A DNA stretch of 64,000 nt from Vezdaea acicularis (Eukaryota): NCBI GenBank assembly GCA_026025075.1, contig JAPEUI010000048.1, positions 1 through 64,000 on the forward strand, given 5' to 3'. The number at the start of each line of letters is the position of its first letter. Within the stretch, counting starts at the first letter, position 1. Positions 1 to 11,562 of the stretch are shown one piece after another. The notes under the pieces are model-generated. The model did not search any database, was not told the DNA's origin, and worked only from the letters and a program-made list of their open reading frames with translations. The position numbers and the translations under genes are program-made.

Positions 1-1477
1 GGGGGGCGGGGGCGGGGGCGGGGGACGGGGAGCGGACGCAGGGCCGGCGACCCAGCGCTCGCCGCGGGGTCTTTCGCGGCGAGAGAATGGGGGACATCAC
101 GGGACGAGATGAGGATTATGTCGGCGGGCAGTGCGCACCGTCATGTTACTACAGTACGGATCCAGCGCGCTCAACAAGGAGGAGGCGATGGATGGGCTTG
201 GGCGTGGGCGTGGTCGTGGGGCGCGAGCGACGAGGCATTTGACCCCGACGTGCACCCTGCGCCCTACCAAGGCTCCGGGCGCGCTTTCCCTGCTTTTCCT
301 CGCCATTGTCCTTTTGCCTCTGCGCGCCCCCCCGTCGTCTCGCTTGCACAATGGTACAGTGACGGTCACGTGATGCAAGGGGTGCGGCGGGGCGTGCGGC
401 CGGAGAGGGAGAGGGGGAAGGAGCGACGAGGGAGGGGGAAGGGGGGGGGCCCCCTCCTGCGAGCTACGACGGTCGAGCGGCGGGAAGCTAGCTAGGGTGG
501 CCTGGAAGCACGCGCGCTTTAGGCTACCGTACCACGGCGGCACTCCGTCCGACTAGCTTCGGCCATCCTGCCTCGCCTGCCCCGGCAGCCCGTCTGTCCC
601 TCACGGCCCACTCTTCCTTCTTCCCCGGACTCTTTGCCTCCCGGCGCAATGCCGTACCGTGATGGTCCCACTCCGTCTGATTTGTCCGTTGTCCACCGCA
701 CGAAGACAGCAGCGAGGGGCCACCGATAGAGAAGGCCGAGATTCCTCGCCCCGGACGAAGCGTCCATCGTCCCTCGTCCTCCCGCGGCGGGTCTGCGCCG
801 GCGCGGCTCCGATTTTTCCGGTGCGCACCGTCGCTGTTCCGCATGTCCGCTCGTCTGCCCCGTTCCCACGCTGATCGCCCACTACGCTCCGCCCGTGAGA
901 CCAGGCCCTACAGGCGAGGGCCAAGCGTCCGGCGAGGCGAACGAAGGGCGGCGGAGGAGGATGGCGAGCGCCAGGAGTGAAGCTGTCACGTCCTCTTCAT
1001 GCTGAACTCCCTCACGCTCGCATTGGGCTGCCGCGTCCGTCGAGGGCGGAGAGGGGCTGCGGTCTGGAGAGGCGGCCAGAACGCCGGGTGCATGGTGGGT
1101 CGCAGATCAACCGCCAGTGCACGAATGGGGAGCGCCCGTCCGTCCGCGGGGAAGAACCCTTTTTCTTCGTCTGTCCTTCTCAGGAGTGATTTGCATTCTT
1201 GGGGGAGAGGGTGGGAGAGGAAGGAGAAGGAGGAGGCAAGAGGAAGGACGAGGAAGGCAGAATAGCCACCGTGACTGAATAATACGATAGAGGTGTACGA
1301 GTACGACGGAGGGAGGGCGGCGGGCGAGGAATGGCCACCACCAGAATTACTCGAGCTCTGCTGCTCTCTCTCGCTCCCGTACCGCTCGCCTGCTTCTCCA
1401 CTCGACAACTACCGCCAGCTAACTAACCCGCCCGCCGGCCACAGTCAAGTGCTGGGTCTCGTCGCACGACCGGCTTG

Positions 1478-1506
1478 CACCACCACCACCACCACCACCA
1501 CCACCA
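1478..1506 (+). repeat. (CAC)9 microsatellite in wc-1 upstream/leader region
   Basis: Perfect CAC trinucleotide run read directly from the sequence. Confidence 0.9.
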
Positions 1507-2361
1507 AACACCATCACCGGCACCCGCTGAGATCACCGCTCCATCAACAACCTCGCACCGACACGACCCCTCGACGCCGTCTCGCACGAAGCGTCAGCGT
1601 GCCGGCAGACCCCTCCCTCGTACGCCGCCGTCTGGCTCCTGGTCACCGTCCCACCGCCCGCGGAGGAGCGGTCGACCTCACTCGTCAGCTTCGCGCGACA
1701 GACGCCTCCTGGTGACTCGAGCGACCCCGGTGCGGTCGAATGCTGCCCTGGCCCTGCACGACACCTTCTCTCTCTCCACCGCGCTCTCCCCAGACAACGC
1801 TCTGCCTGCGCTGCTCATCCTTCGACGAACGCCGCCGCTCCCAGCGAACCTGACGTCCAGCACCTGCCCTCGCGCCTGCCCGCCCGCCGCCGGCACTGCT
1901 GTTTCACCTTCTTCCACTCGCGTTCGAATCACTTCGTGACTCGCTGGACGGCGCAACTCCCGAGCCCTTGCTCCCACCGCTCCGCCTTTCTGTCCCTCTG
2001 CCCTCCTGCTCCCGACCCCCAAGGCCTGTGCGCTCCATCGACCGGCCAATTCGTGCGGCTTATTCGACGCTCCACGGTCCACCGGCGAACGTCCCATCTC
2101 CAGCTTCGACCGACCCCAGCTCCAAAATAATCCCATCCCACCCCCGTCCGACGTCGAAGGCCGAGCATCATCAACCTCGTCCGCCGCGACCTCACTCGAA
2201 TCTCCCCCCTTCACCACCCTATGCCGAGCCCTGCTTGCGACAGCATATCGTCAGATGGTCCCCACCGTGGTCTCGGCTCGCATTTGCCTACGACAACGCT
2301 GCAAGCGCGGGAAGAGACATCTGCTGTGAGGCTGTGAAAATCCCGCGTCGCCTGTTGGAGG

Positions 2362-5300
2362 ATGCAGTCGTCGGAGGTCATCGACATGGAGGGCTACTTC
2401 CGGCAACAGTCGTCCGAGGCCGCCTTCACGAGCATGAACGAGGGTCCCGGGCCCCATGGCATGATGTCCATGTCGCCCATCGATGGGATGGACGCGTCCG
2501 CGATGTTGGGTGGCGACACCCTGGACGATATCATCATGCAGAACAACAAGGAGATCGAGCGACGGCGAAGCATCCAACAGCAGTATGCGGTGCATGCCGT
2601 CGGCCGCCAGCCTTCGCACGATCCGCGACGGACCTCGATGATGGAGTTTGGGAACGGGAGCCATGGCAATCTGAATGGCTATCAATTCGACCCATCCTCG
2701 GCCCAGAACGGCAACGGGATGGTGAGGGCGTCCTCGATGGTGCAGCATCACGATCAAAATCCAGATGGGTCGAGGCGACAGTCGGCCGGAGACCTCTCGC
2801 TGACGACGCAGTTCCCTAATATGGGCCCGTCGTACGGCCATATGGGTCCGCCACCCACCTACCATTCTCCCGTGCATCGCCAAGACCTCACGATGAACCC
2901 TCAAGACTCGTACAACAATGCGGATCTATCGGCGGGCCTGGTGAATACCATGCCGATCGAATTCCCGACGGGCATGGACCAGGTCCCTAACCGTGGCGAT
3001 GCCACTCCCATGAACATGTACGCGCAGAACGACTTCTCACAAAACATGACGAACTCTCATCTGGCGCAAATGAACACGAATTACCAAACCCAGGTCCCAG
3101 AATCGCAAGAGGACTCTGGGGAAGGCAACCATGGCAATCGGAACGGAGGGGACGGAATGAACGAGCTGGACGTGATGAACAAGATGCCGAAGCTGCAGAT
3201 GCAAGATACACCACAGAGCGCGACATCGGGCCGGCCCCAACCCAATACACAGCTGAGTAATACAAGTCCTGCGGAACAGAGGCAGACCAGTCTGCCGACA
3301 AGCTCCAACGGCTCCACCAAACCACACGCCGACACTGAAATGTCGTCAACCCCAGTACCTGCCGAAGCGATTCCCAAGCAGATCACCCTACCTGGTGAGA
3401 TCATCCCCCCCCGCATAAACCTTCGAGATACTTCTCCCTTGCTAGACGCTAAACTGACCCGTCTCTCTGATCCGACAGGGGATGCAACGCCCTCCAATCC
3501 CGACAGCATAAAACTCCCCAAGGGCAAGACGAAGCCACAAAACGCCTATTCGTCGACCGGCTTTGATATGTTGGCCGTTTTGGTAAGAACCCCTCTGACC
3601 ATCCTTATCCTGCTCCGACAATGATGGGTTGCTGACGAATTACAGATGCGGGTGGCAACTCGCCCAAACCCCGAGATCAACATTGGAGCCGTGGACATGT
3701 CATGCGCGTTCGTGGTGTGCGATGTTGGCGCTCACGACCTACCTATCGTGTACTGTTCCGACATCTTCGAGCGGATGACTGGCTACTCGAGGCATGAGAT
3801 CTTGGGCCAGAACTGCCGCTTTCTCCAGTCCCCGACGGGCAAAGTGCAATCGGGTGTGCCGAGGAAGTATTGTGATGATGATACCGTCCTGTTTCTGAAG
3901 AAACGGATACAGCAGAGAAAGGAGGCGCAGGCCGTCATCATCAACTACAGGAAAGGCGGCCATGGCTTTCAAAACCTCCTGACCATGATTCCAATCACAT
4001 GGGACACGGATGAGATCAAATATTTCGTGGGCTTTCAAACCGATCTGGTCGAGAAGCCTAGTTCGATCATCAGCAAGAACCCAGGTAAGTTTCCATTCGA
4101 CGAAACGCCGATTTCCCTACTGACATGCCCCAAGATGGAACGTACACAACCAACTATCAACGAGACTACGTACCCCGGTACGTGTGGTCAGAACCCGACA
4201 GCCGTCGACATGAGACTGTGGGAGGCTCTGGCCACACGATCGGCCGGGATGACGTCTCCACCGTCCTGACCACCATTAGCAACGGCGAGTCGGACCTCTC
4301 CCGGAGGATATGGGATAAGGTCCTCTTGGAAAATACCGACGATGTCGTTCACGTCCTATCGTTGAAAGGTCTTTTCTTATATCTATCGCCCTCGAGCCGA
4401 AAGGTCCTCGAATATGATTCCTCGGAGCTCGTCGGTACCGCGCTTTCATCCGTATGCCACCCTAGTGACATCGTGCCCGTCACGAGAGAGTTGAAGGATA
4501 CTTCTACCGGTGCTTCAGTCAATGTCGTTTTTCGGGTGCGTCGAAAGCACAGCGGCTATACCTGGTTCGAGAGCCATGGCTCTTTACACACCGAGCAAGG
4601 CAAAGGACGCAAGTGCATCATTCTGGTCGGGCGAGAGAGGCCGGTGTATGCGCTCTCACGCAACGACATATCGGCTGCGGGTGGTATCGGTGACAGCGAG
4701 CTATGGACGAAGATGTCTACCTCTGGCATGTTCCTATACGTCTCGTCCAATTCTAGGCAACTACTGGATCGACCGCCGGAGGATCTGGTCGGGACCAGCA
4801 TTCAGGCTCTGATGCGACAAGATTCAAAGACCGAATTCGGAAGGATTCTGGAGACGGCGCGTGCCGGCAAACTTGCTCAATTCAAGCATGAGATGCTGAA
4901 CAAGCGCGGCCAAGTCTTACAAGCGCACTCGACCATCTATCCGGGAGATGCGGGTGAAGGGCAGAAACCAACTTTCCTCGTGGCTCAGACTAGATTTGTC
5001 AGGTTGTCCCGGTCTTTATCGACGAGCCACAACAAGCTCGTGGCCTCAGCCGCCAAGACGGACCCGGGCTCGGTGGGCTCAATCACACCCAATCCCAATG
5101 TAGCTATACCGGGGCCGATGACACCTCAAATAACACCCCGAGCGGCTACACCCCAGGCATCGACGCCGGTGAACGGGACCACCACCGCTACCAGTGGTAC
5201 GATGTTCGATGCCATCACATCACAAGCAGGAGGCAGCGGGCTGCCTATTGGTACCCAGGATATGGCTCTTGCGTCCGACCTGAACGTGTTCGATGAGCTC

Positions 5301-5982
5301 AAAACGACTCGGAGCACCAGTTGGCAATTCGAACTTCGGCAGATGGAGAAGAAGAACCGCCTCCTGAAAGAGGAGCTCGAGAGCCTGCAGTCGTCGAAGA
5401 GAAAGAGGAAGCGCAAGAAGATTGGCGGGCTCATGCAGAAGGAATGTGCCAACTGCCATATCAAGAGCTCGCCAGAGTGGCGGAGAGGGCCAAGTGGGCA
5501 GAGAGATCTGTGTAACAGCTGTGGGCTGAGATGGACTAAATCGGTAAGTGACCCGCTGGCTCAAGACCCATTCCCCGTGTTTCTCGCTTGGCCAGCTCAT
5601 CCATCCCATCGTCGATAAATTCGGAATCTGAAGAAGAATCTCCCATCGTGATAGTGTAATTGTGCATCCAGCTGACGGCTTTGGCCCGTTTTAGCAAGGT
5701 CGAACATCCCCACGGTCACAACAGAGCGGTGGCAACGCGTCATCACCGCAGCAGAATGCGTCGCCTCTCGGTGCGGGAATCACGAACGGGTCGCATGCTC
5801 ACGCGAAATCTCACCCAAATGGTGCCCACGACACGGCGATGGGCGGCACTGCGACGAAAGATAGCCAGATGACGACCCAGAACGGGACGGCGCACAGCTA
5901 CAACGTCAACAGCTTGACACGGCCGGCCAAGATCGAAGAAGGCGACGAAGGCACGGCGGTGATCTTTCCGACCAAGGCCTGA
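2362..5982 (+). CDS. wc-1: White collar-1 blue-light photoreceptor/GATA transcription factor (LOV + 2 PAS + GATA zinc finger)
   Basis: Exons 2362-3394, 3479-3582, 3646-4084, 4135-5543, 5695-5982 with GT..AG introns. LOV signature GQNCRFLQSP with the photoactive Cys. PAS regions (LLENTDDVVHVLSLKGLFLYLSP; WTKMSTSGMFLYVS). Basic NLS KRKRKRKK. GATA finger CANCHIKSSPEWRRGPSGQRDLCNSC. Confidence 0.97.
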
Positions 5983-7046
5983 GGAATGGGACATCGTGCT
6001 TCTACATATGTTGGGTGTTCGGCGTCCTTCGACGAGTCAGTTTGTTACCCCCCCCCCCTTCCTCGCGTCGTTTTTTTTTGCAGTTGGAGGGGGCGTCTCT
6101 CAAGTCACCATCGTTTTGTGTGGGGAGTTTTCTTTTCTGCCTTCGCCACTGTTTCCCGGCGGCGCCTGCGTGTTTCACAGAGGGGATGAATGTTGTTGCC
6201 ATCTCCGGGGTCGCCCCCAACGATTTCCGCCGCATTGCTTTCGGGGTGCTCGAGGGGACGTTTTTGACCGCAGCGATCGGCGAGCCTCACACGCGGGGAC
6301 TAGCGATGCATGGGCAGTCGCCGGAAGCGTTCTGTTCTCGTCTTCCGATCTATTTTCGTTATCTTCTGTGCATAGTAGGGTTCTTCTCTCCAGGCTTTGG
6401 TTCGGGGGCAAGGGGGAGGGGCTGTAATCACGGTGGACGAGGCTATATTGTGGCTAATTCCCGAACTTCTCTCACCCCGCGCCACACGTGCAGGGCCGGG
6501 TTATGCCGCGCCATCGTGACATGACATTTACTCGACCGTGACTGAGCCACGACCAAGGCCCAGATGATGCGCATGTGATTTCGAGCTTGTCCCGCCCCGT
6601 CACGTCCAGACCCCTGCCGCGCCCGCCCGCCCGCTTCTGCCTTTCCGTGCCCCCTCGCTCCCCCCCTTGGCCAAGCGAGAGAAGCGACGTTGGATGTGCC
6701 GCGTCCCCCTCCCTAGCCCTCTGTCTGGCTCGGTTCCCCCAGTCGTCTACCGTTGGCGAGCGCGGCACCGACGACCCTGCCCTGCCCTGCCCTCGTCCCT
6801 TTTCCCTTTTCCTCCTTCTTTTGCTTGTTTTCGCTTGCTCCCTTTTCCCATTGCTCCTTTTTTCGCGTGCGCCGGATTCTTCATGCAATGCACCTCGATT
6901 ATGCAAGATAGGCCCCTTTCGGCCCTGGCGACGGCTCCGCCAGGCCCCGATCGACGCGTGCTGGGAACGTGGCAGGCGCCGTGTCGAGGCGGGGGGCTGC
7001 TGGGAAAGCAGGAACGGGAATAGCGATGTGATGTGATATCGACGAA

Positions 7047-7079
<33 letters not shown>
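7047..7079 (+). repeat. 33-nt poly(G) tract
   Basis: Uninterrupted G homopolymer between wc-1 and the Ras-like gene. The exact length may be an assembly estimate. Confidence 0.85.
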
Positions 7080-7080
<1 letters not shown>

Positions 7081-7905
7081 AGGGAGGGTGGACGTTCGCT
7101 TGTGCCCTCTGCCTTTTGTCAACTAGAAAAGCGCTCCCCATGCTCCCCATGCTCTCCAACACGCTCCGTTCGTCTCGTCCCCCCCTTGCCCACCGCGAAA
7201 TCTCCACACGGGCAAGGGTAGGGCGCCGGCCTAGGGCTCGCTGGTCGGTCCGAGCAGCGTCGTTCTGGCCGACGGACTAGCTGGCGCGCCGAGACATGGC
7301 GCCGCGCTCGAGGAGAGAAAGCTTTGCGGTCCGATAGAACCAGTCTGCGCCTGCCGCGAGGCGTGGCATACCAAGGGTGGAGGCTGCGTCGAGTTCGAGA
7401 GCAGCTTCTGGCGAGAAAGTTGAACAACATCTCAGCTGCCAGCGCGTCTTGCATCCGCCGACCTCACGAACCGGTTTAAATTAGAACTTGTGCTGGTTGA
7501 TATCAAACTCGACTGTGTCAATTGCGACCTTTGCGGGCTGCCCTCAATTGATCCCCGTGGAGAGCACGGCTTTTGCGTTCCCGTGATACACATACGAGAC
7601 ACAGGGGGTGCCTTCTGGATATACGCTACATTCCTTCGGAGAAGCAGGACCCCGATCTCTGAGGACAACAAGCCACCGTCGTCAAGACTGTATCATCGCC
7701 TTCCCTCGGTGCACTACGGCGCCAGTGGGACCTGCGGGTGCGGTTCAAGCAAGTCTCATCGTCTTCTGTTTATCGACAGTTCCCCTTGCGGGCGACAAGC
7801 CATTGAGGTCCCAAAACAACACGGAAGACCTCGAATCTACTCCGGAACACTGTGTAGACGTTGCGGCACTCACGCGTGACGCAATTGACCTGGCGTCGCG
7901 GTACA

Positions 7906-8867
7906 ATGGCAGATCCAGAGCAGATCTCCATCACCATCTGCGGCGATGGCGGATGCGGTACGGTTCCCCCCCCTCCGCAGTTGTGATACATCACCTCAAG
8001 ACCACATCCTGTTCCCCCTCATCATTGCCATCTCTTGGCTCTGAATATGACTGAACCTTCCCTCTCTAGGCAAATCGAGCATAACACTTCGCCTGGTGCG
8101 CTCGCAATGGACGCACGACTACGACCCCACCATCGAAGACTCCTACAGCGTAACGCGCACCATCGACGGGATACCGTACTTCCTGTCCCTCACCGACACG
8201 GCCGGACAAGAAGAATATCGGGGCCTCTTCTCGACCTCTAGCCTCCACTCCGACGCCTTCCTCTTGGTCTACGACATCACCTCCCCCTCGTCCCTCCAAG
8301 CTCTCGAATATTTCTACGGCCTCATCAGCATGGAGGCAGAGGCTCGCATGGAAGCGAGTATGAACGGCGGAAAGGAGAAGAAGGGTCGGCCGGTCATGAT
8401 CGTTGCGGGGAACAAGTGCGATCTAGTGGCGGAGCGGAGGGTTCCCGCGCGGGAGGGCCTGGAGTGGGCGAGGAGGAGAGGCTGTGGGTTCATGGAGACG
8501 AGCGCCAGGAACGTGGTCAATATCGAAGAGACCTTCGCACGTAAGTCTTTTGGCCCCTGTTCGCTCCAAAAGCGGAAAATCCCATTGGTGTCGTCAAGTC
8601 CCTGACATTTTTCTTTTTCCCAACGCAGTACTCGTCCGCCGCGTCGTCTCCCAGCGCCGCCTCGACCACCCAAACCCTCATTCACCACAGCTCGCAAACA
8701 CCCACCCCTCGTCCTTCGCTAACAGCGCCCTACACACCACATCGCCCCTTCCGAATTTAGACCGGGATACCGAAAAGGGCACCCGGCTCGGCAGCGTCGA
8801 CATGGCGGAGCGGCCCGGCGGCAAGACGAAGCGTGGTGGCCGATGGGCCAAGTTGAAGTGTTGGTAG
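7906..8867 (+). CDS. Ras-family small GTPase (fungal Ras/Rsr1-like paralogue)
   Basis: Exons 7906-7957, 8070-8540, 8629-8867. G1 GDGGCGKS, G2 YDPTIEDSY, G3 DTAGQEEY, G4 NKCD, G5 ETSAR. C-terminus WAKLKCW. Confidence 0.93.
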
Positions 8868-9722
8868 ATGGCTTTCCATGAAGAGAGATACCCCCCCAAA
8901 GAGAAGAGAAATGGGATGTGGAGATGCCATACTCCATTTAAAAAATAGGGAAAACGTGCTGGGCAGGGCATGCAGGGCTAAGTGATGGAAAATCGAACCC
9001 CCCCCTTTTGCTTTGATCTTTCTCATATCGTTGTTTCTTCTTCTTCTAGCTTGGATTCTTACCCCCTTTTGCTCGCGATGGCACTTGCACTTATCATCTC
9101 AAAAGGAAAACAGGAGGGGGGGGGTTTCGGGTTCCGGGAAAACGGGAATAGGAAAGCGGGCAGGGCGGGGAGTATAGCACGCTGGCGTATTCGAGACGGG
9201 GCTGTTTATCGGAGCGTCGGTGTTGGTTTTGGGTGTTGGTCTTGCTACTGCTCTTACTGCTGATATTGCTACTGCCATTACTACTTACCACTCCTATCAC
9301 CTCTCCAACCACCTCATTGAATCGCTATCCCCCAAACCCGAGCCCAGCCACACTTCTACCGCCTGCGCTCTTGCTATCACTCAAACCTTCCCTCCTTCCT
9401 AATCTCCACTCGCCCGCCTTTTAGGGCGAGTGGCTGATAGAACCCCAAAAGGGGAAGGGGGGTTGCAAATTAGTTCTTCGACATGGGAGGAGCGGGCAGA
9501 GCTTTAGGACTCGAGTAATTTCCTATGGGATGGCATGCGTGGCTCGGAGGTTGGGGGGAGAGGGTGAGTGATGCTGGGATCATTCGCGGAGCGAGCCATG
9601 TGTGAAAGACTTTTGATTGAATAGCTATGATACAATCTAAAGCTAGTATGTAAAGCCTTTCCCTCGATGACTTGACCGAGAGGATTTACCCAATGCTACG
9701 GACGAGTTACGCCCCCCCCTTT

Positions 9723-11562
9723 TCACTGCACCACAATCTTCAACGAAAAGTCGACATGCTGCGTGCTCTGATGGATTGCGCTCGTGCTGATGATATCGAG
9801 ACCTGCCCTCACATCGAGTCAGCCACTGACAATTGCTTCACCCCCCCCTGAAGGAAAGCAAACAGATGCCAAACTCACCAGGACATACGAAATCTCGAAC
9901 GTTCTCCTCCGTCAGCCCGCCGGACACTTCGACCAAGACTTTGCTTCCCCACTCGTCCTTGAGCGACTTGGCCGCGTACCGCACTTCGTCCGGCGAGAAG
10001 TTGTCTAGCATGACAATGTCGGCGCCGGCTCTCGCTGCTTCTCGCGCTTCAGCTAAAGAGGACACTTCGACTTCGATCTTCGTCGAGAAGCCTCCCGCGG
10101 TTTTGGCACGTGCGATGGCTTCGGGAATCGAGTTGGAAGCGTGGACATGATTGTCTTTGAGCATTATCATGTGGCTAAGTACAAAGAGGGGTTAGTCGAG
10201 TATCTTGAGAAGGACATGAATGTTGGGATCGTGTAGGCTGGTGACGAGGGGTTATCATTTAAAAGAGTCTTTGTAGAATATAGAGGAGCATTAAGAATAT
10301 TTGAAACCCCCAGGCTGTGGAGAAGCTTCGAGATGAAAACGCTGAGAGCGGACACCATATGCCTAGAGGAAGCACTGGGGGATCGGCGAGGGCGAGGTCG
10401 TGAAGAGCAAGTAATGTATGCTATTGGCTTGGGAGGAATTGGGTACTCACGAGAGATCGTAGCGATGCATATCGCATCCGCCCACGAGCATTCCATATTT
10501 CTCCACGATCCTGAACCCAGGGGTTGTCTTTCGCGTTCCTGCCAATATAGAAGTCTCGGGATATCCAGCAGAGCGGAGAAGCCTGAGCAGTGACGCTGAC
10601 CTAGAGTGAGTAAAACCCGGGTTAGCGATTTGGGTGACGGCGACCAACGGCCCTTGGTGCATGTCACCATCAAGGACAATACACGGATCAAGTGAGTGGC
10701 TCTGATTATCGGAGGATACTCCGTATTCGCAAGCAACAATAACCCGCAAAACTTAAGCATGCCAAGAAATTGAGGTGTAATAGGTTTGGTAATCATACCA
10801 AAGAGCTGCATTAGGCCTCTCCATGGAAGGGAACATGGCAGTGGCGGCTGCAGCTTTGCCGCCCAATGAGACTCACAGCCAGTAATGCAGCGAATAAAGC
10901 GAATGTAACCCATGCTGGGGACATGGAGAAGGTGTGGGGCTGCCTTACGATAAGAAGTACCACACAGACCAAGAAAGGTCAGGGATCAACAGCCCTAAGG
11001 AAAAGCAAGTATGAAACTTACTTCGTAGCTATGCCTGAGCACCTTGCCAAGGTATTCAATGCAACCCTCTCCCCAAGAAGGATCAACCTTATGGGGCCAC
11101 GAACGATGGCGCACTGGGTGATAGGCGTGATTGCAGCGCCCTCTGCAACTTGCCATTCAACACTGTAAGGACCGAATCCACTCACGTCAGCAAGGTCGGG
11201 ATGTGGACCGGTCACGGGGGTAGAAGGGTTCAAAGCGATCTAGAAGGAATAGAAGACAGGATATGAGTGGTCACATACGTGCAGTCAAGCTGCCTGAACA
11301 CCTCATCAAAGAAAGGCACTCCGGCCACGATACCCTTATCAGATGGTCAGATAGATGCCGAGATCGGCCCCGTAGGGCTGACCAAAAACCCACATGGATC
11401 GGATGGGCGCACTGCACTTTTACCAAGCAACCTAGCCTCTCCCGGACGCTCGCCCACGACGAAGCCGCCCACGTCGAATGCGGGGCAATCCTCCTCGAGC
11501 CATTCCGATATCTGGCGTTTGTATCGGATGGGAAGGAGATGGGCAAAGGTAGGATTTGCCAT
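9723..11562 (-). CDS. BNA6: Nicotinate-nucleotide pyrophosphorylase (quinolinate phosphoribosyltransferase)
   Basis: Six exons reconstruct [116 protein letters not shown]. Confidence 0.96.

Noticed and set aside
97..2300. Many overlapping 100-280 aa ORFs, including a poly-His ORF at 1475
   Set aside because: Low-complexity R/P/G/S translations expected in GC-rich DNA. Poly-His comes from the CAC microsatellite and the start is non-ATG.
9406..9433. GCCTTTTA loop resembling U5 snRNA loop I
   Set aside because: The invariant loop is GCCUUUUAC, here followed by G, and there is no Sm site or U5 stem organisation nearby.
10686..10705. GATCAAGTG similarity to U2 snRNA
   Set aside because: It lacks the GTAGTA branch-pairing sequence and the rest of U2.
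10167..10913. 248-aa minus-strand ORF nested in BNA6
   Set aside because: It spans introns and an out-of-frame exon and has no recognisable motif, so it is treated as a chance ORF.
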